From Saccostrea cucullata (Eukaryota), in NCBI RefSeq assembly GCF_032062105.1, contig NW_026939364.1, positions 1 through 64,000 on the forward strand: a stretch of 64,000 nucleotides of DNA. The letters run 5' to 3'. Every line of letters starts with the position of its first letter. The first letter of the stretch is position 1. Of this stretch, positions 41,688 through 54,440 are shown piece after piece. The position numbers and the translations under genes were made by a program. The notes beneath the pieces are model-generated. The model did no database searches. It was given only the letters and a program-made list of their open reading frames with translations, and had not been told where the DNA came from.

Positions 41688-42464
41688 GGACCGTGTAACA
41701 CTTAACAATTCAAATCTCTAAAATTATTTAGAGTTTCAGAATGTTAATATAATAGTTCAAATTTCTTAATTTCAAAAACTCAGACTGATTTCGTATATTA
41801 TAATTTTTAGTTCAAAAACCTAAACTTTCAAATTTCAAAACAGGTTTTAACATTTTGAGTTTTTGTATTTTTATCTTAAATATTCAAAATTCAGATTTCC
41901 AAAAGCAAATTTTGTATTTTAAACTTTTGAGTTTTTAATCTACCGTTTGTTTAGAAATGGAGATGGAACTTTTTATAAATAATCAAAACACTTTTGTACA
42001 TTTTGAGTTTTTAGAAGTTTACTTTAAATCTCCAAAATATCAAATTCCATATACATTGTACCTGGTTTAAACTTTGGATATCTAAAGTAAAATTCTAAAA
42101 ACTTAAAGTGTTTAGGTTATTTGAAATCAGAACATTTGAATCAACATTCTAAATTTCTCAAAATCTAAAGCGTTTCAAAGTTGGATTTTAGAAGTTTGAA
42201 GCTAATTTCAAATAACCAAAAGACAATTTTGAATTACAAAATTTGTTTTTGGAAATTTGAATTTTGAACATTTAAGGTAAAAATCTAAAACATTAAAATT
42301 CTAAAACCTGTTTGGAAATTGAAAAATTTAGATTTTTGAACTAAAATATGAAATTTCAATATACTAAAACATTTTGAGTTTTTGAAATTTAGAACAAAAG
42401 TATTAACATTCTTAAAAACTCTAAGTCATTTTAGAAATTTGAATTGTTAAGTGTTACAGGGACC
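41688..42464. mobile_element. AT-rich MITE resident in the histone unit (copy 2), possibly PIF/Harbinger-group
   Basis: TIR GG(A/T)CC(G/C)TGTAACACTTAACAATTCAAAT with AAT flanking both ends. Confidence 0.8.
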
Positions 42465-42868
42465 AATACAAGATAGCAAAATATATTTCTGGTTTTCGTT
42501 TGAAAAATCAACACCCTCATAATACTTATAAACACTTCATTTGCAATTTTAAATATTTTGGCCAACAAGTTTTCCTCTTTTTATGTACGGCACTGAACTG
42601 TAGTATATTTGTTGTGTGAATATTTAAGATAAAAATACAAAAACTCAAAATGTTAAAACCTGTTTTGAAATTTGAAAGTTTAGGTTTTTGAACTAAAAAT
42701 TATAATATACGAAATCAGTCTGAGTTTTTGAAATTAAGAAATTTGAACTATTATATTAACATTCTGAAACTCTAAATAATTTTAGAGATTTGAATTGTTA
42801 AGTGTTACACGGTCCATTGTCAAAGAAATCTTAAGAAGTATACACATATTTTGTTTGTTTTTGTTTTT

Positions 42869-42900
<32 letters not shown>

Positions 42901-42992
42901 CTTTTTTATTCATTTATTATTATTATTATTTTTAGAAATACTGCTTTAATGCTTATTTATACTTATTTGCCTTCATGCATTATAATGTTATT

Positions 42993-43041
<49 letters not shown>

Positions 43042-43659
43042 TCTCCTTTCTTATGGCGTTTGCATATTTTTACCTGTCCCGTTTCTACAATATTCAATCA
43101 TGTATTTATATTAGATTGTACGTTTTAGAGAACAAAGTCATTGTCATAGTCACACAGCGCCAGTTTAGTACAGGCATAACACTGTGTAGTACAGTACATA
43201 GTCCTTAGTTGGGTGTTTCTCGTAGTTTGAGGGGGGACTGATTATAATTACAGGCCGGGAAAATCAAATCATCATTCTTAAATGTGTATTTTAAGAAAAA
43301 TTTAGATATCTTTACTGAATTCTGTCCTTTCGAGTGAACAATTTATCTTACGAAATTCAATCATGACAGTCTGGGGGCCTATTTTGTTGAATTTGAACAC
43401 TGCAATAAGAACAATCTAAAAATGCAAATAGATAGAATGATAGACAGACTAATAGAGTAGGAGATTCTTCTGGTATATCGGGATGATGTTCCTTCTTTAA
43501 GCTGCAGCAAGGGTGCAAATACCCACATTGAAACACACATGCAGGAACAAAAATACAGACGTCTCGACACACTGGATGTTTTCTAGGCGTGTGACCTGAC
43601 TATTTCACTGTTCACAGTTCCTGAGAAGTTAGTCGACGTTTTTACACTCGCAAGTAGCC

Positions 43660-44259
43660 ATGGCCGATACTGCCGCACCAGCAAAGTCCCCAGCCAAGAA
43701 GAAGGCCGCAAAGCCTAAGGTGCCTGCTGCCCACCCCAAGTACATTGACATGATCAGCGCTGCCGTTGCATCTCTGAAAGAACGAGGTGGCTCATCCCGA
43801 CAGGCCATTCTCAAGTACATCATGGCCAACTACAAAGTAGGCAACGATGTTAACTCTATCAACGCCCACCTGAAGATGGCCCTGAAGAACGGTGTCAAAA
43901 AGGGTGCTCTGAAGCAGGCAAAGGGCACAGGCGCTAGTGGCTCTTTCAAACTTGGAGACAAACCCAAGACCGAAAAGAAGCCTAAAGCCAAGAAAGTTGC
44001 CAAACCCAAGGCAGCCAAGCCCAAGAAGGCCGCCGCCAAGCCCAAGAAGCCAGCCGGAGAGAAGAAGGCCAAGACACCCAAGAAGAAGGCAGCAGCTGCC
44101 AAGAAACCAGCCGGACCCAAGAAAGCCAAGTCCCCCAAGAAAAAGGCAGCCACCAAGTCACCAAAGAAGGCAGCAGCCAAGCCCAAGAAGGCCAAGACCC
44201 CCAAGAAGGCAGCAGCCAAGAAAACCAAGACTCCCAAGAAAGCAGCCGCCAAGAAATAA
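43660..44259 (+). CDS. H1: Histone H1 (inverted copy, 35-bp promoter deletion)
   Basis: 199 aa, one P>T change versus 40203-40802; stem-loop at 44298-44313. Confidence 0.95.
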   Translation: MADTAAPAKSPAKKKAAKPKVPAAHPKYIDMISAAVASLKERGGSSRQAILKYIMANYKVGNDVNSINAHLKMALKNGVKKGALKQAKGTGASGSFKLGDKPKTEKKPKAKKVAKPKAAKPKKAAAKPKKPAGEKKAKTPKKKAAAAKKPAGPKKAKSPKKKAATKSPKKAAAKPKKAKTPKKAAAKKTKTPKKAAAKK

Positions 44260-45594
44260 GCAGTCTGCTTGAACCAAAAAGAAAAAAAAAAATTAAAAGC
44301 CCTTTTCAGGGCTACCCACATTTTTAGAAAAGATGCCTCAATATCAGTCGTAAATGAAACGTGTGTGTGTGATATTCTCTTATACCTAACTAATAGAGGA
44401 TATATAGTGTTAAAATTTCTAAATCATCTTACACATGCCCTCATTCTACATATTGAAACTCCATAGCACTGTAAACCTAGGGTGAACTGGTATTATGAGA
44501 TGAATGCATATATATTAATAATGTTTGAAAATAGCCTGCAGGCATATTATAAAGGCATGCATGTTTTCTCCTTCTAATATCCTGAAACACTTACATATAG
44601 CAGTAAGTAAAGTTTATGAACATTTTATTTTCAGGTGAAAGAAATAAATATATAATCATTATATATGTGTATGTACAGAACCCCCCACACTCATGCACTG
44701 GTTGTGAAATTCAGAATTCAACTATCATGCAATACACAAGTCAGAGTATAGGTGTTATGGCCATAACTTTCATGTCTCACACTGGGCATGAATGGGTGCA
44801 TACTTTGTTGCATTAATTTCTACAACTGCAAATTTTCATGCAAATGGCCTGTAGCTTTTACATGGTTGAAAGATGCCTGAAATGGAAACACCCTCATTTA
44901 TTTGCATGTTTATTTACATGGTACAGATGACACACTTCAAAATATTATTTCTAAATATAATCAAGGTTTAAGGTCTTGGACCTTAAGTTTGACAATACTT
45001 TTAAATAAATGCTTTTATTAAAGTATCTTAAGCTAAAGAGGATAACTGATACAAAGAATACACAAAGCAGAAGTGAAAACAAAATATCAAGATTCCAAGA
45101 AAGCTAACCAGTAAAGAGCCATCAAACTCTTGTTTATTTCATTTATTCAATATTTATGTATTCCCATGGCTATAAAGCACATGAACACCTTAAATGAAAA
45201 TCAAGGTTTAAGAAATAAATAAGGAAAGTTTATATGTGATATCATAATTAATAACAATTAAAAATAATAATAGAATTAATATTTTAAGTGAGTGCTGAAT
45301 GTCTGTCATCACGGTTATTGTCCTAATTACTGTGACTGTACTTTTCTTTTTTTTCAGCCAGTGGGTCTGTTAAAATTCTTTTTTAAAACAGCAAAACATT
45401 GATTTTAACAAAGTACAAATTCTGTGCAAAAAGGTGGATTGAAATGATTTCAGCTAAGACCAATCGAAGCGCGCTACAAGCGGCTAATCACAAGGTGTCT
45501 TTCTAGATCCCGAACCAATCACAAACACCCTTACTTCGTGCGCGCTGATCTTGAAGCTTGATCAAAAAATATTCACGAGCCACGGAACCGTATA

Positions 45595-46722
45595 GGGGAG
45601 ATCCGTCCAATTCTGGACACTTTTGTCATGTTTTAATATGTAACACCCAGCAAACGAAAATAAACACTCAACACACTCTGATTTCAAGTGGTAAAGTATG
45701 GAAACACTTTTTGGCAACAAAATGCAATGAATATCATCATGAAACACAATTAAATATCTTTTACTGATAATAAAATGAATTCAGGTGGTGAAATAGTGCA
45801 AGTCCGGACAACATGGGGTAATTCCGGACAGAGGCGGGGTAAATCCGGACAGGAGAGCAATATGTGCTTTGAAAAAAAAAATTGTGAGAAAATACATTCC
45901 AACAACATGCCACTTTGTTAGACAAAGCATGCTTGTTTTACATTACTTAGCATGTATATTGCACATTTTCACGAGAGAGAGAGAGAGATGCCGGTTAGGG
46001 ACTTGCATAGAAATGATATTATAGAGCCCTCCCCCTTCCCAAATTTATTTTTATGAAGAAAATTGTTTAATCGTCAGAAAGAGTAATTAATTAAATAAAA
46101 ACAATAATTCAGACACTGGACTAACTTTTTCTTGGGTCTTTAATATGGGCCGATGTGTCAATAATTTTGGGTCGACCCGTCCAGGCCTATAGGTGTCAAC
46201 CGTCACAGGCCGAGGTGTCGATGGGCCGAAATGTCTGTCTACCCATAAAACCAGCGTCCGGAATTCCCCCACCTAGAAAAAAATTAGCGGGGGAAATCAG
46301 AACACATTGTTTGATAAATTTAATGAAAAAATTAACATTATTTTGTATTATTCATCATATTTTTTCTTTTTAAAAATATGCTCTCTACATAAGAAATTTA
46401 TAATAATAAATGGAAATCAATATTTATCTTAGCTGTTGTTTTAATTCTATGTCAGATTGCCCTTAATTTGATCAAATTTTGCCGCCTAATGGATTTCATT
46501 GACATAAAAGTCCAAAGTCTAACTTTTGACGTTATTATAGCATTCAGAATAACCTAGAATCATTATAATGTTTTTAAAAAAGACAACAATGACACCCGCT
46601 TTCCGAATGTACTTCATTTATTTATAATTAACAATACAGAATTACCGAAAAATAAGACAAAAGAGAAAGACTGTATTATTTGTCCGGAATTACCCCGTGT
46701 CCAGAATTGAACGGATCTCCCC
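45595..46722. mobile_element. Non-autonomous TA-targeting DNA transposon (Tc1/mariner/pogo group) inserted in the H3 TATA box
   Basis: TIR GGGGAGATCCGT(C/T)CAATTCTGGACAC, TA duplication, subterminal GGGGTAATTCCGGACA repeats; absent from the other arm. Confidence 0.9.
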
Positions 46723-46725
46723 TAA

Positions 46726-47187
<462 letters not shown>

Positions 47188-47835
47188 GCCTATCCTTGTC
47201 TCAGACAAACACAAACGGCCGTTTTCACGGCCACCTAAATCTTTAGAAAAGATGCCTTCATGCAATCCAAAGAAACGTAACAATAAATATAAATTATAAA
47301 ACACAGGGTAGATCTACTTCGGGTTTCACATAAGAAACCTCTGAATAAGGTCAGGGTATTACTGGGGAAATATTGAATAATTTTGGTTCCGGGCTAACTT
47401 GACTTCGTCAAAAACTTCAAAAGAATCAACCCAGTAGCAAAAATATATGAAATATCTATCAGTAATTGCAACCCGGAACGTTTATTAAGACCATAATTTT
47501 TGGTTCCGGGCTAACTTACCTTCATCAAAAACTTGAAAAGAAACAACTAAGTAGCAAAAATATGTGAAATATCTATGAGTAATTGCAACCCGAAACGTTT
47601 ATCATGACCATAATTTTTGGTTCCGGGCTAACTTGACTTCGTCAAAAAGTGGAAAAGAAACAACTAAGTAGCAAAATTATATAAAATATCTTTCAGTAAT
47701 TGCAACCCGGAACGTTTATCATGACCATAATTTTTGGTTCCGGGCTAACTTGGCTTCGTCAAAAACTTGAAAACAAACAACTAAGTAGCAAAGGATCACT
47801 TCATCATAAATAGGTATCTGACCTATAGGACCGGG

Positions 47836-48946
47836 TGTGGCAACGCACTTTGAAAAAATTACGCACTTTGAAAAAAAATTTCAAAGTGCGTTAAAAGTGG
47901 AACAATATCAACGCACTTTGAAAAAAATTTTCAAAGTGCGTTAAGATTCTACATCAATATATTTTACCATGGAGACACTTAACGCGCTTTGAAAAAAAAA
48001 ATCATATTTTAGTCATGGAAAGATTTTATTTGTTATTTTACTTATTTATCTTTCAAAAAACTAAGCCTAACCCTAACCTCAAAAATGAATTGATTTACTC
48101 CTGTCGAAAAGAGGAGAAGACGGGTATAAGATCCCTCAGTCCAAATCTCTATCTTTCCAATACATAGGTGTCGGTAACAAACGGGAGAGGGGAGCAATGA
48201 ACCTAAAAAGGGTATGCTGCATTTTCAATGCTTATACGATGTATATATCTTTCCAAAATAAATGGGGGGCTTAGCCCCCCATCCCCTCCCCTGGCCCTTC
48301 GCCCAGTCTTGATGTCTATGCTATACTCAAAGCATTCATATAATTATGTATTTACCTCACTGGTATGACGTTGAAAACTTTCAATAATAAATGAGCTAAT
48401 TAAAACAGATGAAAACAAGAAATTTTTAAGTACAGTAAAATGTATGAGAGTGAAAGAATTTTCATAGTTTTGAACAATCAAATTGGCCCCTTTTTATCAT
48501 GATAAATGCTAAGTTGCTTGAAGCTGTCCTCTGTTAGTGCCCCCTATACACATTTACATCTACTTATCAAAGACTAGAATAAAAAAAAAGGACGAAACGA
48601 ATTAATGAACTTAAACAATCGTCACTCTTTTTTTCAAGACCCTTTAATTTTCCCTTTTATTTTATCAAAACCTTAAATATTTTTAAAAAACGTCAATACC
48701 TCAGGTCCTACTGTGACTTTATCATGAAAAAATTATCAAACCAGAATCTGTTTTTTTATCATACCGATTATTTGAAGGAATATTGATCAATCTTTACATT
48801 TTTTTCAAAGTGCGTTAATGTGGTCGATATTAACGCACTTTGAAAAAAAAATAATTTTTTCAAAGTGCGTTAGCTTGGTCCCAAATTTTAACGCACTTTG
48901 AAATTTTTTTTTCAAAGTGCGTAATTTTTCAAAGTGCGTTGTAACA
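47836..48946. mobile_element. Nested non-autonomous element with TGT...ACA ends and a 6-bp TSD
   Basis: TGTGGCAACGCACTTTGAAAAA / TTTTTCAAAGTGCGTTGTAACA with ACCGGG on both sides. Confidence 0.85.
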
Positions 48947-49603
48947 ACCGGGCTTGGTTTTTTTCTCTACAAAAAGCTTGTCGATTTCCGTTCCGATTAA
49001 TGACATTAGGCCGAATATATTTAACAATTTGTTTTTTTTCCTAAATCTTTATTTCAGTGAGTAGAGAAGAAACCCTTTTATTGATTTTCTGAGTTTGTTA
49101 TCTCCAAATGTATAATTGATATTTGTCTTTACTTCTCATTGTGCATAATGGTAATGTCTACTGTCTCTGAAATTCTATTCTTTGTGTCTAGGCTATTTAT
49201 CCGTGGATAAAATAAAACATGTCATTAAAGTGTGCAAATTATATAGGCCTAAATGAAAGCCAAGGGAGTACAGTTACTGATATATGTAGCCAAAATCATT
49301 GTGATTAAATTCTAAGGAATATATACAATTGAAATTCGTCGCAGCTCAATGCTGCCAAGAATACTTGTATCAAATAACACAAAGAGAGTTATTCTTGTCC
49401 TCGGAGAAAGTGTGCTTATACTGAGGTTTGTTCCGCCTGACTGACAACTGTACATTTGATTGTTACGATCTGACATCTCTTTAGTTTTTCTTGTATCAAG
49501 AATGGGCATACATAAGGGATAGATAATTGAAGGAAAATACACAAGTCTATTAAAAAGAAATTAAAATAGTCTTTGAAAAGGCGAAATTTAAAACTTTAAA
49601 AGT

Positions 49604-49695
49604 GTGGTGCCAGGTGGATTCGAACCCGCCACTTTAAAAAGAAGGATTTCACGGTACGGTGCAAAACCAACTCATATATCAACTGAGCTAGTCCG
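49604..49695 (-). pseudogene. tRNA-like sequence (Pol III A and B boxes), not a functional tRNA
   Basis: TAGCTCAGTTG (A box), GGTTCGAATCC (B box), ends ...GGCACCA; the acceptor stem does not pair. Confidence 0.6.
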
Positions 49696-52609
49696 TTTAT
49701 AGAAATATATGGTATAAATTTGAAGCAGATTTTCGAAATCAGGTTTCCTTATTTTTTGTAGGTTTTTTGTGAATTTCGACCCTAGGGCAGGGGTGCCCCT
49801 AAAAAAATCCTATCTTAAATCATTCCTTCCATCATAACCTATCAAAATATCACAATTTTATTTAGGGGCAGGCCTGCCCTGAAGGACTTCTCGGCCAAAA
49901 TTCATGCAAAAATCAATGCTTTAGCGGACAAAATGGTGTTTCAGCCAACTTTGGAGGTTTATTGTAAAGTTGTAAAGAATAAATTTTAGGTATAAAATAC
50001 AAATTTGGAAAATTTAGACATATATACGATAGAAAACAACAAATAAAGATTAATATTTAAATGTCACTTTTCCGGGAAATTGTTCTCTCCTATAGGTTAA
50101 ATCTCTTGTCAAAGCGAATACATCCATTATATAAAATATCTATCAGTAATTGCAACCCGGAACGTTTATCATGACCATAATTTTTGGTTCCGGGCTAACT
50201 TGGCTTCGTCAAAAACTTGAAAAGAAACAACTAAGCAGCAAAAATATATGAAATATCTATCAGTAATTGCAACCCGAAACGTTTATTATGACCATAATTT
50301 TTGGTTCCGGGCTAACTTAGCTTCGTCAAAAACTTGAAAAGAAACAACTAAGTAGCAAAAATATGTGAAATATCAATCAGTAATTGCAACCCGGAACGTT
50401 TATCATGACCATAATTTTCGGTTCCGGGCTAACTTGACTTCGTCAAAAAGTGGAAAAGAAACAACTAAGTAGCAAAATTATATAAAATATCTATCAGTAA
50501 TTGCAACCCGGAACGTTTATAATGACCATAATTTTTGGTTCCGGGCTCACTTGACTTCGTCAAAAAGTGGAAAAGAAACAACTAAAGTAGAAAAAATATA
50601 TGAAATATCAATCAGTAATTGCAACCCGGAACGTTTATTATGACCATAATTTTTGGTTCCGGGCTTACTTAGCTTCGTCAAAAACTTGAAAAGAAACAAC
50701 TAAGCAACAAAATTATATAAAATATCTATCAGTAATTGCAACCCGGAATATTTATTATGACCATGATTTTTGGTTCCGGGCTAACTTAGCTTTGTAACAA
50801 AATGGAAAACAAACAACTAAGAATGGAAATAAAAATGAAATATCTTTCAGCAATTGCAACTCGGAACGATAATTATGACTATAATTTTTGGTTCCGGGCT
50901 AACTTAGCTTCTTCAAAAACTTGAAAAGAAACAACTAAGTAGCAAAATTATATAAAATATCTATCAGTAATTGCAACCCGGAACGTTAATCATGACCATA
51001 ATTTTTGGTTCCGGGCTAACTTAGCTTCGTCAAAAACTTGAAAACAAACAACTAAAGTAGCAAAAATATGTGAAATATGTTTCAGTAGTTGCAACCCGGA
51101 ACGTTTATCATGACCATAATTTTTGGTTCCGGGCTAACTTAGCTTCGTCAAAAACTTCAAAAGAAACAACTAAGTAGCAAAAATATATGAAATATCTATC
51201 AGTAATTGCAACCCGGAACGTTTATTATGACCATAATTTTTGGTTCCGGGTCTAGTTAGTTTCGTCAAAAACTTGAAAACAAACAACTAAAGTAGCAAAA
51301 ATATGTGAAATATGTTTCAGAAATTGCAACCCGGAACGTTTATCATGATCATAATTTTTGGTTCCGGGCTAACTTGACTTCGTCAAAAAGTGGAAAAGAA
51401 ACAACTAAGTAGCAAAAATATATGAAATATCTATCAGTAACTGCAACCCGGAACGTTTATCATGACCATAAGTTTTGGTTCCGGGCTAACTTGACTTCGT
51501 CAAAAAGTGGAAAAGAAACAACTAAGTAGCAAAATTATATAAAATATATTTCAGTAATTGCAACCTGGAACGTTTATCATGACCATAATTTTTGGTTCCG
51601 GGCTAACTTGGCTTCGTCAAAAACTTGAAAACAAACAACTAAGTAGCAAAATTATATAAAATATCTATCAGTAATTGCAACCCGGAACGTTTATCATGAC
51701 CATAATTTTTGGTTCCGGGCTTACGTGACTTCGTCAAAAAGTGGAAAAGAAACATATCTTTCAGTAATTACAACTCGGAACGTTAATTATGACCATAATT
51801 TTTGGTTCTGGGCAGCTTCATCAAAAACTGGGAAAAAACAGCTAAGTAGCAAAATTATATGAATTTTTTTTCAGAAATTGCAACCCGGAACATTAATTAC
51901 GACCATTATTTTTGGTTCAGGACTAACTAGGCTTCGTCAAAAACTTGAAAACAAACAAAGTAGCAAATATATGTGAATTATCTTATAATAATCGCAACCC
52001 AGAACGTTAATTACGACCATAGTATTGGTTCTAAAATATTTGATCCCTGATATAGAGTTAGAAAGGAAGAAACAGCTAATTAATATGCCTGAGAAATTCT
52101 CAGAAATTGTAACCCAGAACGTTAAATATTACCATGGAATTTGTTACGGGTTACTTTATCTTTCTTCTAAAATGAGAAAACAAACATAAATTAAGAAATT
52201 TGTTACCCAGACCGTTAATTATGATTATGTATAATTTTAGTCCCAGGCTAAATAATTGACACTCGGGAAAGTAAAGTAGGTCTTCTGTTCTGAGTAACAA
52301 AAGTGAATAGGAACTGATTGAAAATTTCAAAACATGGATTTCTTTACTTCAGTAACTCTAAACCGTAACGTTTAATATGATGTTCATAATATTGGATTTA
52401 TAGGACAACTTTATATGTAATATCGAGTTTGAATCTTAAATATTGCATCTGGAGCATCGGCATCAAGACAGATAAAAGGGGATCCCTCTTTGGAATTTTT
52501 AGTTAATAAATTACTAAAAAAGTGGCCTTGCACCCTCTCCCAAACCAATTAAATAAAAGTAATCAAGAGCCTTCCTAGAGATGGAAGGTAAAGACAGGTT
52601 TTTATCAAG

Positions 52610-52645
<36 letters not shown>

Positions 52646-54440
52646 TAACTTTGGTGATGCAGTTCTTTACCAGATTTTCCCTCTACTTACATCTATTGTG
52701 GCCCCCCTACCCCCCTCCCAACCCCCATCTTTATTTTAATAATTTAGAATCTACACTACCCCAGAATGCTTCCACCTAAGTTTCAGCTTTCCTGGCCCAC
52801 TGGTGCTTGAGAGAAGGATAGATTTCTATATAAAATTATGACTCCCTAATGTGGTCCCTCCCTACCCCGCGGGGCCATGATTTTAACAATTTAGAATCTA
52901 CACTACCCCAGGATGCTCCTTTGCAGATCCTCTTGGGTATATTTTTTTCCCGTGTGAACATGTACTTCCCGTCATAAAAGTAAAGTAAATAGTAAATAAC
53001 AGAGAATTTAGGCTGTTCTTTTTTTTTAATGCATTCTTAGGAATATAATTAAGCAATTAAGAAATTTAATTAGCAATATTTTGTATATCTATCTCAAAAT
53101 TAATATTTTTTCTTTTAAAATAGATTTTAAAAATCAAGTCTACAAATTATTTAAGATGCTAAAATTTAAATGCAATTCAGAAATTTTATTGTTTAAAATT
53201 TCAGAATAAAATTATGAGACAAATTATTTACCTCCATAAATTTTCGACATCTGTGGTTGGATGTCCAAGAGAATCCAGGATGGAAAGGGTTCTTCTCTTG
53301 ACATCCGCCACAAGGAGAGTCCAGTGGCGGTTCTCACATATAGTCACAAGGATATACCTATAGGAAGAGAACTTCACCTTGGTATACAGGTAGTTGTAGT
53401 CTCTTCTCCTCCACTTCTCCATCAAGAAGCATGGCAGGATGTAAACTTCATTCACTGTTCCAATGCCCTCTCCTTCTTTAAAAGGCTAAAATAAACATGG
53501 ATAACCTGCAAAAGCAATTATAGAAAAATTTATGTCCATATAAATATGACCAACCATGGCTTTGCTGTTCTTGAGAGGAACATTTTCAAAGATTTTTCCT
53601 ATATACTAGTATTCCTATGTCAAACTTTGGTCGTCCATTGTGGCCCGCCCTACCCCCAGGGATCATGATTTGAACAATCTTTAATCTGCACTATCTGGGG
53701 ATGCTTCCATATAAATTTGACCAATTAAGGCTTTGTTGTTCTTGAGAAGAAGATTTTTTCTTATATTTCTATATAAAACTTTGGTCGTCCATTGTGGCTC
53801 CGCCTTACCCCCGGGGATCATGATTTGAACAAATATGACCAATTATGGCGTTGTTGTTCTTGAGAAGAAAATTTTTAAAGATTTTCCCTATATATTCCTA
53901 TGAAAAACTATGGTCGTCCATTGTGGCCCTGCCCAACCCCTGGGTGTCATGATTTGTACAAACTTGAAGCTACACTATCTGAGGATGCTTCCATATAAAT
54001 ATGATCAATCATGTCTGTGTTGTTCTTGAGAAGATTTTTAAAGATTTTTTCTATATATTCATATGTAAAACTTTGGTCGGCCATTGTGGCCTCACCCTAC
54101 CCCGGGGGGTATTAATTTGAACAATCTTGAATCTGCACTACCTGGGGATGCTTCCATATAAATTTGACCAATTATGGCTTTGTTGTTCTTGAGAAGAAGA
54201 TTTTTCCTACATATTCCTTTGTAAAACTTTGGCCCCCCGTATTTTTTTGCAAATACAGACAATCTCTATGCATTGAAAATTGGGTTTTACCTTTTTTGTT
54301 GGTTTAATTAGCCCCCCTTTCAATTTGCTTTAATTTGCTTTCGACGCCCATGCATACTGACAGACTTAGAGACAGCTAGACAGAGAGGCTGATGGACGAC
54401 GAACAAAATGTTATCATAAAAGCTCATTTGAGCTTTCAGA
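52610..54440 (+). mobile_element. Helentron-associated non-autonomous element (HINE) with internal tandem repeats
   Basis: Starts AAACAAGAGGCCCATGGGCCACATCGCTCACCTGAG; ~160-bp repeats; GACA-like microsatellite; ends AAAAGCTCATTTGAGCTTTCAG (last hairpin truncated). Confidence 0.75.
53232..53505 (-). pseudogene. Ulp1/SENP (C48) protease-like exon
   Basis: Bounded by TTTTGCAG| and |GTAAAT; translates VIHVYFSLL...ICENRHWTLLVADVKRRTLSILDSLG with the catalytic His and Asp. Confidence 0.75.

Larger units (their letters stand above)
47793..50125. mobile_element. DNA transposon with imperfect TIRs and no TSD (Spy-like)
   Basis: Ends GGAT...ACCTATAGGA / TCCTATAGGT...ATCC; removing it restores the satellite sequence GCAAA|ATTATAT exactly. 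Confidence 0.7.
47378..52230. repeat. ~119-bp satellite array (interrupted at 47793-50125, decaying rightwards)
   Basis: Roughly 20 units of CCATAATTTTTGGTTCCGGGCTAACTT...GCAACCCGGAACGTTTATCATGA. Confidence 0.95.

Noticed and set aside
47282-47287. AATAAA after the H3 stem-loop as a dual 3'-processing signal
   Set aside because: AT-rich context and absent from the first H3 copy; not supportable without transcripts.
49604-49695. Functional tRNA gene
   Set aside because: Acceptor and T stems do not pair and there is an internal T run.
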